Positions 42,508-52,386 of a DNA stretch of 64,000 nucleotides are shown here, in pieces. Where the stretch lies: IMG/VR virus record IMGVR_UViG_3300029267_002476; one strand, 5' to 3'. Position 1 is the stretch's first letter. Each line of letters begins with the position of its first letter. This DNA is from a virus. The position numbers and the translations under genes are program-made. The notes under the pieces were generated by a model that saw nothing but the letters and a program-made list of their open reading frames with translations, did no database searches and had not been told where the DNA came from.

Positions 42508-43292
42508 TACAACGCCCCCCCGCCCTTGATCTTGTTAAGGGGGCGCTTGCCGCCCTTGTTCACATTGTCGCTATTGGGGTTTTGAAATGCGTATCGAACC
42601 TTTGTGTTGTCGTCCAAGGCATGGCCAACAGCATACACAACCTTGTCAATTGGATCCTGATGAATCTGCCTAAATGTCAGCGATACGGACGCCTTGCGGG
42701 GTGTTCCATCCGGAAAGCACAATTGATAATTGACGTCGCAACCTGTCATAATGCAGTAAATTGCGTTCCCGCCTGTGGCGTCCCCTAATCCCATTTTGGG
42801 CATAGACAAAATAGCGACAGGCGGAGGATATGCAGTCCTGTAAGAGTCGACGTCCGCATAACATGGATAGCAAAACGCACGGAGCCACTTGATCTCTTGA
42901 ACCACATCCACATTGTGTGGACGGTTGGTCTTTATAATGTCGTTCTCAGGCCGGTTTAACTTGAACGGATCGAGCACAGTCTCAAAGAAGTTACGAGTCT
43001 TAACGGGCTTCATTAGCCTGTGAAGATGAACCTCGAAAGCAATCGTTCGGCCCGAGTTCCCAGACCACTGGGCCAGGGCCGAAGATGCACCTGGTATATC
43101 CTTCCAGTTCCAGCCCACATCAATCGTGTCCGTGACCGTCTCCGGCCAATACTGAAAGGTGTGCTCTCCGAGATCTCCAAGAGGCTTGCCTGTCTTAGGG
43201 TTGATCCCAAGCATAGACGCAGCCTTGTAATCGGATCCTTCCGGACCATACATGATCGACTCAACTATTGATCCGATGACTCCAAGGGCCAT
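42507..43292 (-). CDS. structural protein (possible tail tube/baseplate-hub-type)
   Basis: 261 aa. FQYWPETVTDTIDVGWNWKDIPGASSALAQWSGNSGRTIAFEVHL resembles contractile-injection tube-initiator-like proteins. This is a weak call. Confidence 0.45.
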   Translation of the reverse strand: MALGVIGSIVESIMYGPEGSDYKAASMLGINPKTGKPLGDLGEHTFQYWPETVTDTIDVGWNWKDIPGASSALAQWSGNSGRTIAFEVHLHRLMKPVKTRNFFETVLDPFKLNRPENDIIKTNRPHNVDVVQEIKWLRAFCYPCYADVDSYRTAYPPPVAILSMPKMGLGDATGGNAIYCIMTGCDVNYQLCFPDGTPRKASVSLTFRQIHQDPIDKVVYAVGHALDDNTKVRYAFQNPNSDNVNKGGKRPLNKIKGGGAL

Positions 43293-43294
43293 GA

Positions 43295-43825
43295 CTACTC
43301 CTCTTCTGAGATGTACTTGCCTATGATCGCCCTAACCTTGGCACCAGCGCTCCGATGCTCATCCGTAACAACCCGAACATCATTGATGCCTAGATTGCGA
43401 TTAGGCACCATCATGGTCGCACCCTCTGGTAACACAAAATCTGTATTGCCCAGACAGGTAGATCCATCCGAGATAACCTCGTCAAAGGCTTCTCTCTTGT
43501 ACGTGGGAGAAGCCGGAAAACTATCGATCTCTGCTGTCAGATCAGAATGCACACTGTCCAAGGCAGAGATAGCACCCTCTATCTCTGCAAAGAACTCAGG
43601 GCTCTCCGATTTCAGCGCAGGATCGTTATCCAGGACAGCCTGAAGAGCCTCTGATGTAGATCTCGCACGATTAGCCAGGCTGGACGCGACATTCCTGTCA
43701 GATTCATTATTCCGAGACACTGCTAACAACACCTTCCCCACTCTCTCCATCATTTTTTTAGCGTTACCCCGATGATCAACAGGATTGATCGTTTTCTTTT
43801 TTCTTTTTTTCACAACAATGCCCAT
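43295..43825 (-). CDS. hypothetical structural-module protein
   Basis: 176-aa ORF. Confidence 0.5.
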   Translation of the reverse strand: MGIVVKKRKKKTINPVDHRGNAKKMMERVGKVLLAVSRNNESDRNVASSLANRARSTSEALQAVLDNDPALKSESPEFFAEIEGAISALDSVHSDLTAEIDSFPASPTYKREAFDEVISDGSTCLGNTDFVLPEGATMMVPNRNLGINDVRVVTDEHRSAGAKVRAIIGKYISEEE

Positions 43826-43834
43826 GGAAGCCTC

Positions 43835-46492
43835 CTAAATGTTTTTCACATTTGGAATACGGAATATCCACCCAGCCATAGTGCCGGTTCCGGCTGCATA
43901 TCCATCCAGCGTGTACCAGACATCCTCGCCGTCAAAAGCTATTGCCCCAACTGCGAGATCATCCGCTGCGACATTCGGCTCCTGCAAAGGATCGCATATC
44001 CCTATGGTCTCTTTCAGGAGGTCCGCATACGTAGAAGTAAAATTCGCTATATCCTGGACACCGCCCCGAACAGAAAGGCGATTACAGGCTACAGTGCCCT
44101 TTGCCGGATCGGTCGTGATATGCCAGATGTCCTTGCCATCAAAACAAGCCGGGCCAAACTGCTCATCAAAGCCAGTCATATCGACCACGTCGACTTCACC
44201 ATTAGTTGTAAACCCTGATTGAGTGACACCGCCATCAAGCGAGCCAGTGACAGTGCTACCGGCAAACCCCCAAATATAATATCCGTCAAACACCAAATCT
44301 ATTGCATTAACTGGAGGTTGACCATCTGCGTAATACCAGGAATACCACCCAGTAATGAGAGAGGGAGGAAGATGAGGATTGGCAATCTGACAGACACCAA
44401 TGTTGATTCCAGCAATGCCACCGCCACCAGTCTCTTTTACGCAGCTAAAATATATATTGGAGCCATCAGAGGCAATAGGCCCCGAACAGTAGGACGAGTT
44501 GAGTGCGGGAATCGGGCTTGTCCCAGAGGTCACAAGATCCCCTGTGCCGTTGCCTATTATCACTCCGTCCGACTTGCGGATCACATAAACACCGCCAACG
44601 TTTGAGGCCGCCCCGTTAACCTCTGTCGTTTGATCGTTGGCAGCCAAGTAATTAAGATTGGCGTTTATAACATTGGCACGCTTAGGAATTAACGAACCAA
44701 ATCCCGCCACGGTCCCGGCGTCGAAAGCGCCCAGCAATACGCCATTCGTAGGCCAGGCAGAATCTACTGTTAAACCGTACAGTAGCTTCAGAAGCCTGTT
44801 GTTGCCGGTCACTGAGTCGTCTGCGACTCTAATGTATATGGCATTGTCATCTACGCACAGATCCTGGAACACCCATTTTGTTCCGTCACTGGCCGGGAGA
44901 AATGACTCAAGCCTGGTCACAGTTGTTTCCCCAGTGGAAGGATCAACGAACCCTACAGCAGGCCCCCCTGTGGCCGGATAAGCATTATCTAGACCCACAA
45001 CAATAACCTTCGCCCCTATGCCTCCAAGACGCCACGGTGCAATTTTGCGAACAGCATACTTATTGGCCCCAATATCGGCAAATGGAATCCCAAAATACGG
45101 AAACGTGTTCTCTATAGCAAACGGATGAGCATCAGCCGCACCCTGCTCATGAAATACAGTAGAGGAGATCTTATGCAGCGCCATGTTCAAATTGGTTGCA
45201 GACAAAGATCTGGCAACCGGGCCTCTTAGACGCCTGTGGAGATCATGCACTACATCCTGAAGACCATTCCGCTCATCATCCAAAGCCGTTGAAGTCTCTC
45301 CCCAGAGAGGAGGAGAAGACAAGCGCTTAACACTGACATTCTGAGCATTAGCAGACGGGTACTCAGCAGGACTCACTGGTGCCTGTTCCATTGTCCCCTG
45401 CTGTTTTTTCTTGTACCCAGCAATCGTGAATTCCTGCGTGAGAACCTGCTCGGTATCCATATAGAGCTGGAGTTGAGGATCCGTATAAAAACCCTCCGTA
45501 TCGCTAGCAGACGACGGAGTCAATGCCGTCGTGCCAGCGGTATCCCATACCCTGATCGGCCTAACGCCGCCGTAGTCCAATGCAAACGAAGCATCGTATC
45601 CCATGACCGTTGAATCCTTGGAGTACACCTTAAAATACCGAGCTGCATCACTAGCTCGTGCGCCATCTCCGATGTACCAGTCTCCAGACAGGGCAATCTT
45701 CTGTTTGCCGTCAACGCTGGCTGTCGGATCAATAGTCACGTCATAGGCTGTCCACTCCGCTGTGTACATCCTGTTCGTGTCGTCCATTGTCGCAAACGGA
45801 TTAGCAGCATCCGGAGAATTCGCATTCACCATGGCCTTCTTCTCGTCCACAGTAGGGGTCCGCCATGCGCTCAGGGAGTCGTAGTAACCCCAGAGCTTGT
45901 CGCCTGCCCCGAGATCCGTCAATAATTCCGCCGCAGTTGGAGCGGGATAGGTCCGAGGAGTAAGGACGTCCACCCAGGTTGAAGCATTAGAAATGTCAAA
46001 ACTGATTGAAGTAGCCGCAGGAGTAACCGGTATCCGGCCAATCACAATAGTATCGACATCGTAATTGGAACTGACTGCATTGTGAGGATCCTCGTCGGAG
46101 ACCCTGTACTCAACATCGGTCGTCTGACCCACCGCGTAATCCGCATACATGTACACGTACAGATAGGTTACGCCCGCAGGAATCGGATCAAACGCCGTCC
46201 CGGACAGCTCAATATAAATGTCCGTGGACTCCCTGATGGAAAGGGACCAGCCCTCTCCGGACTCATTATACCGGTTAAAGACAGCAAACGAATCCGTGTC
46301 ATACTCGAAGCTCAAAGGGTCGATGTTTAGATGGATCTTCATATCCGGAACGGTTGAGTCCTCCGGAATGAACCCACGATAACACCCAGACGGATAAGCC
46401 AAGGATCGCTCGTTCTCACCCTCTGTCACATACCGCTCTCGATATTTAAGTTTTACTTTGTCGGGACTGACAGTGGTTCCATATACAGTCAT
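43835..46492 (-). CDS. large tail/baseplate-associated protein with C-terminal propeller-like repeats
   Basis: 885 aa. The C-terminal part has recurring FDG..(I/V)W-type segments (VFDGYYIWGF, CFDGKDIWHI, IAFDGEDVWYT). Confidence 0.55.
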   Translation of the reverse strand: MTVYGTTVSPDKVKLKYRERYVTEGENERSLAYPSGCYRGFIPEDSTVPDMKIHLNIDPLSFEYDTDSFAVFNRYNESGEGWSLSIRESTDIYIELSGTAFDPIPAGVTYLYVYMYADYAVGQTTDVEYRVSDEDPHNAVSSNYDVDTIVIGRIPVTPAATSISFDISNASTWVDVLTPRTYPAPTAAELLTDLGAGDKLWGYYDSLSAWRTPTVDEKKAMVNANSPDAANPFATMDDTNRMYTAEWTAYDVTIDPTASVDGKQKIALSGDWYIGDGARASDAARYFKVYSKDSTVMGYDASFALDYGGVRPIRVWDTAGTTALTPSSASDTEGFYTDPQLQLYMDTEQVLTQEFTIAGYKKKQQGTMEQAPVSPAEYPSANAQNVSVKRLSSPPLWGETSTALDDERNGLQDVVHDLHRRLRGPVARSLSATNLNMALHKISSTVFHEQGAADAHPFAIENTFPYFGIPFADIGANKYAVRKIAPWRLGGIGAKVIVVGLDNAYPATGGPAVGFVDPSTGETTVTRLESFLPASDGTKWVFQDLCVDDNAIYIRVADDSVTGNNRLLKLLYGLTVDSAWPTNGVLLGAFDAGTVAGFGSLIPKRANVINANLNYLAANDQTTEVNGAASNVGGVYVIRKSDGVIIGNGTGDLVTSGTSPIPALNSSYCSGPIASDGSNIYFSCVKETGGGGIAGINIGVCQIANPHLPPSLITGWYSWYYADGQPPVNAIDLVFDGYYIWGFAGSTVTGSLDGGVTQSGFTTNGEVDVVDMTGFDEQFGPACFDGKDIWHITTDPAKGTVACNRLSVRGGVQDIANFTSTYADLLKETIGICDPLQEPNVAADDLAVGAIAFDGEDVWYTLDGYAAGTGTMAGWIFRIPNVKNI

Positions 46493-46494
46493 TT

Positions 46495-49305
46495 TTACCT
46501 CTGATAGCGGGATACAGTAAAAGTGAAACGGACATCACCGTAAGTGATGCCTGCTGCTGCAATTGCCTCTATTTTTACATTGGCATTGTTACCAATGTCC
46601 GAAGTTACATCTTCATTTTCAGTCACAGTGTACCAAGTGGTTGCATCGCTAACCCCTGTCGTGTCCGTAGAAGTCCAAACCACCGATGCTGATTCATCGT
46701 AAAGATTGAACGTCTGAGTCTGAGACAAACTCATGTCTCCGCGCTGCTCAACCTTCATCAGTATCTTGGTAGGCATGGGCCGCAAAGACCCGTCTCCAAC
46801 GGCACTGGGAACAGCCGTCGTTACACCCACATCGGTGTCTTCCTCGTTGGCATTTAGGACCACGGTGTCTATCACGTAGTCACCGTCGTTGGCCGTCGAG
46901 TCAACGATGGTAATCGTCTCGCCAGCCGCCAGATCCTTCGTCCTGTCGCCAGTGATCGTAAACGTATTCGTGACTGTGCTGGCAGCGGTAACCCCAGAAA
47001 GATCGTCCGAAAGGAATTCAGACGCCAGAGTCTCTTCTATCGTCGCTCCGGTATCCACGTTCTCAAGCGTCCATTCTTTCGAGACAGCCCAGTCCACTAC
47101 ACGAGTATGAATGGGAGCCAGGGTCGCTACAATCTTGCGCCGAAGGCGACCCACCGCCGCGTCCATGCTGACCCCAGATCCGTAATGCTCGTAAGCCTCA
47201 GCAGTCGGGGTGATCTCCACGCGCCGCTTGTAAGACAAGCAGAAACAACAATTCTCAAGATCCAATTCAGGCACATACCGGATAGCAATATCCGTCCAAT
47301 GAACCTCTCCGTCGGCTCCAGAGTCAGCCGCAGGCCCAGGAGATACAACGAGGTCTGTGTTCACCCCGTTGAGAGTCGCAGAGATGACCGTGTAATCGGT
47401 GTCATTGGCCGTCGACCGAATGATACCAATGGAATCGCCAGCGGAGACAGTAGCCGTATGATCCCCCGAAATCTTAACCGTAGCCGATGCCGCAACAACA
47501 GACACGATGTCCGCGTGACCTACGACGGGACCATCGACGGCTACCCCAGAGGAATCCGTTCCAACTCCAATGACAACAGTCATCGACCCAACGTCGTCGT
47601 CCGATGGCGTCGCAGGAGAAGTCGGGTCGGACCATGCACTCAGCACACTATCAATCCAGAATATATCGTCCCCGTAAGCTGGTGGAACGCTGGCGGCCTT
47701 CTGGTATTCTGTGATACCAAACTTGCCCTTCACCCAACTCCAGTTCTCTGCCTGGCAACGCATCATACGAATCTCTACGAAATACCCGGCCTGCAAACCG
47801 TAAGACAGGAGCTGTTCATTAGTGAGGGCGGTCACGGATACAGCACCTGCCGGATCTCTCGGAATAGCAGACAGCGGATGAGGAGTATCGGCCACGTTGG
47901 CATAATACCCCTGCGCTACGTCGAGAGCGTACGCCAGCCCGACCGAATACCCGTCCGTGGAATCGTCCAAGTGCACAATCGCGTTGTCCACTAACGTGAC
48001 CCATGACGACGTGTCCGGATCGTAAAGTTCTTCATCGGCGGCGATGTCGTCAAAACGCAGATACTTAGGCTCGATGTCCGTGTACATGGTCCCGTGATAC
48101 ATGAACGCATTCTGAACGGGTATAGACGCCCAAAAAGAAGAATCGCAAATCCTCCACAGCGACCGCACAAACACGTCGAACAGGCTTATCTCACCTCTGA
48201 TCCTGTACGAATCCTGAGACGCTTTTAACCCAAAATACTTCGAAATATTGGCAATCGTAGATCTCTGAACATCCTCTGGGTCGTTCCGGTCGTTCTCGAA
48301 CCCGAAGTCACGAGCAAGATGGTCAATTATCCGAGGGCGCTGCATGGATAGGTAATACCCGCGCACCGTGAATTTACTCGTAATATCGACGTCCGCATCA
48401 GCGTTCGTCGGGAGAGCCATCACAATCTCTCCAGTCTCGTAGTTGACAGTTCCGTATGAGGTGGCCGTAACGATGTCCGTCCCGGAAGCCGGATACATGT
48501 TCCCGGAGCCGTCCCACGGAACATTCGGGACATCATAAAGAGGCACGATAGACGAGGAAATCGACACGTTTATGTTCACCTTCGCGTTGGCAACGAGCCA
48601 AGGAGTTGGAGAATCGGTGTCATTGTACGCAAGGCGCAGAGGCTTGAACGGCAAAACCACGCTAGGCTCTTGAGAGTTGTCACCCTCTCCGATCACCACG
48701 TCTTCCCATTCAAACGGAATATAGAGATCGTCGCTCTTTATCCAGACCTCATTCCCAAGGGAAGAACCAGAGATGTACTGCCCCGGCCAATCGAAGTTCC
48801 TCGTCCTGACCTTGACTACTTCGTACCTTGCATCTTCCCCGGCTACCCCATCGTCGGTAACACCGTGCCATCGACACCACCACCACCGCGCAATCGAGGA
48901 AATAGGAGCATAAGGAAACCACGGATACCACTCATCAAGGACCGACTGGGTCGCCGACGGGGGATCCTCTTCGTCTGTCTCTGGCATCTGGGTATAATCA
49001 GGCTCGCCAACCAGACGAACAACTTTACCCCAGTAGTCATCCTCATACGAAAGAGCGCTCGTGAAATAGAACCATTCCTCCACGCCTTCTTCCGCTATCA
49101 CCTGATAAGGATCTCTCTGAGACGGCAAGGCAGCGATTTGATTCAGGAAACTTTCCCCTTCGTCACCGAGAACCTTGAGGAACCCTTCCATCCACCCATC
49201 TACATCCAGGGCTTTTTGCTGCGTAGGGACATTCCCCCAGAATATCCGTCGCCCCCAGTAGCCTTTCCCAAAGAAGCCGTAACCACCTGGATCGCTAGAT
49301 GACAT
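46495..49305 (-). CDS. large baseplate/tail-fibre-associated protein
   Basis: 936 aa. N-terminal FLNQIAALPSQRDPY is reminiscent of P2 gpI-type tail proteins. The start lies 12 nt from palindrome copy 10. Confidence 0.55.
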   Translation of the reverse strand: MSSSDPGGYGFFGKGYWGRRIFWGNVPTQQKALDVDGWMEGFLKVLGDEGESFLNQIAALPSQRDPYQVIAEEGVEEWFYFTSALSYEDDYWGKVVRLVGEPDYTQMPETDEEDPPSATQSVLDEWYPWFPYAPISSIARWWWCRWHGVTDDGVAGEDARYEVVKVRTRNFDWPGQYISGSSLGNEVWIKSDDLYIPFEWEDVVIGEGDNSQEPSVVLPFKPLRLAYNDTDSPTPWLVANAKVNINVSISSSIVPLYDVPNVPWDGSGNMYPASGTDIVTATSYGTVNYETGEIVMALPTNADADVDITSKFTVRGYYLSMQRPRIIDHLARDFGFENDRNDPEDVQRSTIANISKYFGLKASQDSYRIRGEISLFDVFVRSLWRICDSSFWASIPVQNAFMYHGTMYTDIEPKYLRFDDIAADEELYDPDTSSWVTLVDNAIVHLDDSTDGYSVGLAYALDVAQGYYANVADTPHPLSAIPRDPAGAVSVTALTNEQLLSYGLQAGYFVEIRMMRCQAENWSWVKGKFGITEYQKAASVPPAYGDDIFWIDSVLSAWSDPTSPATPSDDDVGSMTVVIGVGTDSSGVAVDGPVVGHADIVSVVAASATVKISGDHTATVSAGDSIGIIRSTANDTDYTVISATLNGVNTDLVVSPGPAADSGADGEVHWTDIAIRYVPELDLENCCFCLSYKRRVEITPTAEAYEHYGSGVSMDAAVGRLRRKIVATLAPIHTRVVDWAVSKEWTLENVDTGATIEETLASEFLSDDLSGVTAASTVTNTFTITGDRTKDLAAGETITIVDSTANDGDYVIDTVVLNANEEDTDVGVTTAVPSAVGDGSLRPMPTKILMKVEQRGDMSLSQTQTFNLYDESASVVWTSTDTTGVSDATTWYTVTENEDVTSDIGNNANVKIEAIAAAGITYGDVRFTFTVSRYQR

Positions 49306-49317
49306 TTTCGCTCCATT

Positions 49318-49333
49318 GCGAACTCAAGTTCGC
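49318..49333. promoter_or_regulatory. palindrome family copy 10 (GCGAACTCAAGTTCGC)
   Basis: Perfect. Exactly 12 nt upstream of ATG 49305. Confidence 0.8.
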
Positions 49334-49508
49334 GAGATTTAATCTGCCTTGGCGCCGACACCAGAAAAACGACCTGGATCGTTTTCTTTCCTCATATCCT
49401 ACTCAACAAAAGCATGATTAACAAACAATATGAACTACTGCGCTGCAAGCCAGTATTTGATTCTATCAGACTAAGACTCGATGCAAAGGCATTTGGCGCT
49501 CGCGAGGA

Positions 49509-50078
49509 CTAGGCTTGAGGGTGTTCTTCAGATGCGTCTGAGTCGGAACTCTCTGAACTCACAACGTTGTCATCCATCTCCATTATACCCAGCCTGATAA
49601 GGAAAAGCATCTCATTCCCAGAGAGGAGCCCCTCACACATGGACGGCTTAAGCTTGACATTACAAGGAACGTCAACCTCCTCTGCCAGCAGCATAATGAC
49701 CTCTTGCTGGCGCTTAGTCTCGTTTTCAAGAAGATCTGAATGATCCTTGTTCAGATCCAGCACCTCTTTGTCAAAAAGCTCCTGATCCTTAAGAGAATAA
49801 TGATCAACCCAACCAGCATGAGCAGGAACCTCTACCCGCCTCTTGATGGGCATACCCTGCTCATCCTTCACCGCATGCCTCTCGCAAAGTGCCGTATATT
49901 TACGCGAATACTCTTGATAGTCCGGATCCGGGGTCCTCGCCGTGGTCAGAGCCTCCATAATGGGATCGATCGCTTGTCCTAGCACAACAACTCTGTACGC
50001 CAGCAACGGAGACTTGTCGTTCCCTAGCGACCCAACAATCTTACTCAGCATCTCAACCTGCCCATGTGTCATCTTCAT
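49509..50078 (-). CDS. hypothetical protein
   Basis: 189 aa. AGGAGG SD. Confidence 0.5.
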   Translation of the reverse strand: MKMTHGQVEMLSKIVGSLGNDKSPLLAYRVVVLGQAIDPIMEALTTARTPDPDYQEYSRKYTALCERHAVKDEQGMPIKRRVEVPAHAGWVDHYSLKDQELFDKEVLDLNKDHSDLLENETKRQQEVIMLLAEEVDVPCNVKLKPSMCEGLLSGNEMLFLIRLGIMEMDDNVVSSESSDSDASEEHPQA

Positions 50079-50181
50079 CTTTTCCTCCTGATTTGCTCAA
50101 TTCTCAATAACCATGTCACAGCTATGACTCAAAATGAAATACTAATGTTTAATCTTCCAGGCAAGGCTGTCTTGACGGTCA

Positions 50182-51285
50182 CTAACAATTATTAACATAC
50201 GGCGACAGCAAACCCTCAAGTGCCAGCGTATCAATCCCGCCTGGCACTAGCTCTGTCAAAAACAACGAATAAGTAATGTCAAACGCGGGCGCGTAAATTT
50301 TACCGTTAGGTCCGAGGACTCGCCCATAAAACTTGTACTGAGACGCCTGATACCCAGTGTACGTGGTCGTGTCAGTCGAATCGTCGCCAGGGTCGATCAC
50401 AAGGGCATTCGTAAACAGCATTGGAAGGCAATAAATCTTGCCGTTTGGAGCTAGGATTCCTTGGCAATATTTGTTGCTACCAGTAAGGCTAGCGATCGTC
50501 GATTCATCCTTGCTATCGTCACTCGGGTCAACTATCAAAACCGACGTTCCATTTCTTGGGGAAAAGTAAATCTTGCCATTTGGAGCCAGGCAGCCTTGTC
50601 GCCACGAAGACGCAGCATATGTAGACATCGAAGCGATCGTTGTGATGTCAGTACTAGGCGTATCCACATCGATAATCAACACACTGTTGTGATTGTACGG
50701 AGCACAATAAATCTTTCCATTTTGCGCAAGGCAGCCGCCGTACCACTTCGCAGCCCCTGATGGTAGCCCAGTGAGTCCAGTTGTCGTACTGCTAAACGTA
50801 TTAGTTGACGGCGTGTATACACCGACGTTCTGAGCGCCAGACGGAATCAAATAGATATTTCCATTTGGATGCAAGGTCGCGCCGAGGTAATCAGAACTTC
50901 CGCCAACTCCTGTTTTGTGACTCGTGTTAACTTCGTGCGTTTCAGGATTTATAGACATTATTGTTGACACTGAACCGTAAGGAAAACAATAGATAAACCC
51001 ATCATGCGCAGCGACCGCCCCATAGCCAGACCACGAGCCACAATCGAGACGCTCCGTTGTTCCAGCAATCGGATCAATAACGAGCACCTTGGTACTCCCC
51101 GAATTACTTCCAGGTATAAAGTAAATCTTTCCGTTTGGTGCTAAACAACCTGCCGAAAGAGAAGCATCTGATATACTTGAATTTGTATATTCCGCAACAG
51201 GCGACGCATAATCAAAAAAGTCACACACATTACCAGACGTGAGTCTGCCAAGCACGTCAAATTTATTTCTTACCACTGTAGACAT
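50182..51285 (-). CDS. beta-propeller repeat protein, paralog 3 of 3 (putative receptor-binding/tail-tip)
   Basis: About seven repeats containing (A/G)PNGKIY(C/F)xP (APNGKIYFIP, HPNGNIYLIP, AQNGKIYCAP ...). Confidence 0.6.
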   Translation of the reverse strand: MSTVVRNKFDVLGRLTSGNVCDFFDYASPVAEYTNSSISDASLSAGCLAPNGKIYFIPGSNSGSTKVLVIDPIAGTTERLDCGSWSGYGAVAAHDGFIYCFPYGSVSTIMSINPETHEVNTSHKTGVGGSSDYLGATLHPNGNIYLIPSGAQNVGVYTPSTNTFSSTTTGLTGLPSGAAKWYGGCLAQNGKIYCAPYNHNSVLIIDVDTPSTDITTIASMSTYAASSWRQGCLAPNGKIYFSPRNGTSVLIVDPSDDSKDESTIASLTGSNKYCQGILAPNGKIYCLPMLFTNALVIDPGDDSTDTTTYTGYQASQYKFYGRVLGPNGKIYAPAFDITYSLFLTELVPGGIDTLALEGLLSPYVNNC

Positions 51286-51294
51286 CTTGGCTCC

Positions 51295-52377
51295 TCAGCT
51301 ATTTACGTACGATGTTAAAATTGGCTCAATCGGGTATTTTGAAAACCCAGGGGTGATAACAATGACCTCTGAATACCCATAAAACGGCGCACAATAAATC
51401 TTCCCGTCCGGCCCGAGTATCAGAAAGTAATTTTTGTAATCGTAGGTAGAAACAGGAATGCTGGTTTGGTCAATAGTGTCGTTCTCCGGGTCAATTATCC
51501 CAACATGGTTCGTCGACAGGGAGCTGCAATAGATCTTGCCGTCTGGTGCTAGGCAACTGTCCCCATATTTGTCGTTACCTGTCAGGCCAGTAATAGAGGT
51601 TTCTTCTGCTGTGTCCGCACTAGGGTCAATTATCAACACCGTCGTTGCATTCCTTGGGGCACAGTAAATCTTCCCATTATGCGCCAGTGTTCCTCCGTAG
51701 TATTTTGCTGAACCCGAATTGACACTGATCGTTGTCGTGTCCATAGTCTCAGCCACAACATCTATGATCCCTACGTAATTAACGCTGTACGGTGTGCAAT
51801 AGATTTTCCCATTAGATGCCAGCGCCGCACCTGAGAACTTACTCCCAGCAGGAGCCGTTATCGATGTCGTGTCCAATGTCTCATTCGATGGGTCGAAAAT
51901 ACCAACATGAGTTGCTGCGTAAGGAATCAAATATATCTTGCCATTCGGGTGCAGAACCGCTGCCGTATATTTTAGGGACCCTGTTATCCCAGTAACAACA
52001 TCTAACCGTACCTCATGCGTATATGGATTTAGAGATGTTATGTTTTCGTAACTGAACGGGAAAGAATAGATCAAACCATTCGGCGCTGAAATGCTCGACT
52101 GACCATCGTACGCAGCGCCAAAAGGAATCTCAACCATCGTTGGACCATTTACACCCGGAGTTAACTCTAAGATTCTATAATCCGCAGCACTGACCGGCAT
52201 GAAATAAATCTTTCCATTTTGGCCCAATGCGCCCTGCTGTGACTGTCTCGTGTATACTGATGGCGTAGTGAACGTTTCAGACCCTATAACATGCGATGCT
52301 TGTCGCATATACCCAGGCATGTTACCAGCGCTCAGACTCCCCCTGATTGCCGCATCATTTCGAATCTTGGTAGACAT
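51295..52377 (-). CDS. beta-propeller repeat protein, paralog 2 of 3
   Basis: Same NGKIY repeat architecture. Conserved N-terminus MSTKIRN and C-terminus ILTSYVNS. Confidence 0.6.
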   Translation of the reverse strand: MSTKIRNDAAIRGSLSAGNMPGYMRQASHVIGSETFTTPSVYTRQSQQGALGQNGKIYFMPVSAADYRILELTPGVNGPTMVEIPFGAAYDGQSSISAPNGLIYSFPFSYENITSLNPYTHEVRLDVVTGITGSLKYTAAVLHPNGKIYLIPYAATHVGIFDPSNETLDTTSITAPAGSKFSGAALASNGKIYCTPYSVNYVGIIDVVAETMDTTTISVNSGSAKYYGGTLAHNGKIYCAPRNATTVLIIDPSADTAEETSITGLTGNDKYGDSCLAPDGKIYCSSLSTNHVGIIDPENDTIDQTSIPVSTYDYKNYFLILGPDGKIYCAPFYGYSEVIVITPGFSKYPIEPILTSYVNS

Positions 52378-52386
52378 GCTGACTCC

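Noticed and set aside
47107-47994. 295-aa plus-strand ORF (also 48670-49302 and 62938-63645)
   Set aside because: These are antisense to very long minus-strand structural genes and have Arg/Ser/Pro-rich compositions. Long open antisense frames are expected opposite Gly/Thr/Asp-rich fibre genes.
3701-49333. Palindrome family as rho-independent terminators
   Set aside because: On the coding strand no copy is followed by a U-tract. The stem is only 6-7 bp, and several copies are followed within 12 nt by the start codon of the next gene.
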